In this document: piece after piece, positions 62,626 through 64,000 of the stretch | Numbering within the stretch: the first letter of the stretch is position 1 | Layout of the letters: the number at the start of each line of letters is the position of its first letter | Assembly (NCBI GenBank): GCA_977017645.1 | Contig: OZ360253.1 | Span: 34,968,001-35,032,000, forward strand | Length of the DNA stretch: 64,000 bases | Source of the DNA: Torpedo marmorata | Taxonomy: Eukaryota | Reading direction: 5' to 3' | The notes under the pieces: generated by a model | Told to the model about the DNA's origin: nothing | Databases searched by the model: none | The model's input: the letters and a program-made list of their open reading frames with translations, nothing else | Position numbers and translations under genes: made by a program

Positions 62626-63115
62626 CCCGTGACGAGCACCCTTGGGCGCCGGTGCGTGCGGTGACAGGCCGGCCGGACGCTGCCCTTACCCGGGGGAAGC
62701 TGACGCCGCCGTGCCGCCGGCCCGGATCGTGCTGCACCCGGTCCAACATGATGTAGAGCGAGAAGACGGCCACGCAGAAGATGGCGCCGCTGCACACCGT
62801 CACCTGCTTCCTCAGCTTCATGCTGCCGCTCCCCGGCAGCGCCGCTCTCGGCCGCCCGCGCCTAGGCCCCTCGCCGCCGCCGCCGCTCCATCCCCGGCAC
62901 GCCAGCGGAGGCCTGCTGGCTCCGTCAGAGCCGGGGGGCGCGGAGAGAGGCGACAGCGAGCTCAACTCCGAGCACCTCCTCCCACCCCGCTGCTCCCAGC
63001 ACTGACCGCCCGCCGGCTCCAACCGCGCCACAGCGCCCCTAGCGACGCGGAGGACCAAACCCCCACTGCCCCCCCTCTCCTCCCACACGCCCGCTCTTTA
63101 CCTCCATCTAGTGGT
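62620..63115 (-). promoter_or_regulatory. CpG island / probable MAN2A2 promoter and 5' UTR
   Basis: Very GC- and CpG-rich, with GC-box-like motifs, over exon 1; CTCF-like CCACTAGATGGAG at 63102-63114 (minus). Confidence 0.75.
62690..62821 (-). CDS. MAN2A2: MAN2A2 coding exon 1 (cytoplasmic tail and type II signal anchor)
   Basis: [44 protein letters not shown], 132 nt, donor CGG|GTAAG. The N-terminus matches MAN2A2 ([33 protein letters not shown]) rather than MAN2A1. Confidence 0.97.
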
Positions 63116-63414
63116 GCGGATGAACAACACAATGCTGGAAAAACTCAGGACAGTGTCCTTTATAGATTCAAGATTCAATTTATTGTCACAGTAATAAAAC
63201 AGTGTCATATTCCATGAAATTTCTTTTTGCCTGCTTCAAGGCAGACAGATTCGCCACCGGCAGAAATTGTCTAAGCACCTCTAACATTCCTTACAGTCAG
63301 AGAAAGAGAAGCAAAAGAGAGTCCCCCCAGAGTCACCGAGTGTCCGTAGATTCGCCTCCAGCGCTTCCGCAGCCACAGAGTCCAGTCCAAACGATCGGCA
63401 TCCCGAGCTCCATC

Positions 63415-64000
63415 ACATACAACCCTGAGATTCCTGTTTCCTGCGGGCGCGTCAGAATTACCACTTATTGGTAGTGCAAAAAATAAACTGTCCACAACGT
63501 ACACATGTAAACAAATAAAGAACTGTAAACAGATAACAAATATAAACAAACTAACTGTGCAATACAGAGAGAACAAAAAGAAAATCAATAAAGTGGACAA
63601 GTAAGAGTCCTTAAGTGAGTCCCTGATTGTCGTTGAGGAGTCTGACGGTGGAGGGGTAGCAGTTGTTCCTAAACCTGGTGGTGCGAGTCTTGTGGCACCT
63701 GCACCTCTTTCCTGATGGTAGCAGCGAGAACAGAGTGTGTGCTGGGTGGTGGGGGTCTTTGATGATTGCCGCTGCTCTCCGATGGCAGTGTTTCCCTGTA
63801 GATGTTCTCGATGGTGGGGAGGGTTTTGCCTGTGATGTCCTGGGCTGTGTCCACTATCTTTTGCAGGGCTTTACGCTCAGGGGTATTGGTGTCCCCATAC
63901 CAGACCGTGATGCAGCCGGTCAGCACACTTTCTACCACACCTCTGTAGAAATTTGCTAGGGTTTCCGATGTCATACCAAACCTCCGCAAACTCCTGAGGA
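63415..64000 (-). mobile_element. Rex1/Babar LINE 3' part (continues beyond the window)
   Basis: RRFGMTSETLANFYRGVVESVLTGCITVWYG... Confidence 0.88.

Noticed and set aside
58818-62795. The 1325-aa minus-strand ORF and the plus-strand (LGDGVT/M)n ORFs as independent genes
   Set aside because: They are translations of a minisatellite that lacks stop codons in those frames; they have no domains or independent gene structure.
12323-62821. Assignment as MAN2A1
   Set aside because: The N-terminus (KQVTVC...LDRVQHDP), [15 protein letters not shown] and [12 protein letters not shown] fit MAN2A2.

Overview
Vertebrate genomic DNA. The repeat set (CR1, Rex1/Babar, V-SINE, Penelope-like tails) points to a cartilaginous fish, probably a ray; this is inference. 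The window holds one complete protein-coding gene on the minus strand, MAN2A2 (Golgi alpha-mannosidase IIx, GH38). It has 22 constitutive coding exons from the ATG at 62821 to the TGA at 12323 (3441 nt, 1146 aa), and every intron is GT-AG with consistent phases. There is also an in-frame 81-nt cassette exon at 17162-17242 that is absent from the ORF track. The rest is dense with transposons. Most notable: (1) an 18 x 70-bp tandem array that multiplies the exon-2 splice acceptor; (2) a Penelope-like family carrying minimal hammerhead-ribozyme motifs, including two sense copies bracketing the catalytic exon 6 and several fold-back non-autonomous copies; (3) a ~3.2-kb stop-free 18-bp minisatellite in frame with exon 1; (4) a young 5S-rRNA-headed SINE with a Rex1-type tail; (5) a hAT MITE whose interior is two inverted SINE tails. 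All coordinates were read by eye, and transposon boundaries are approximate.
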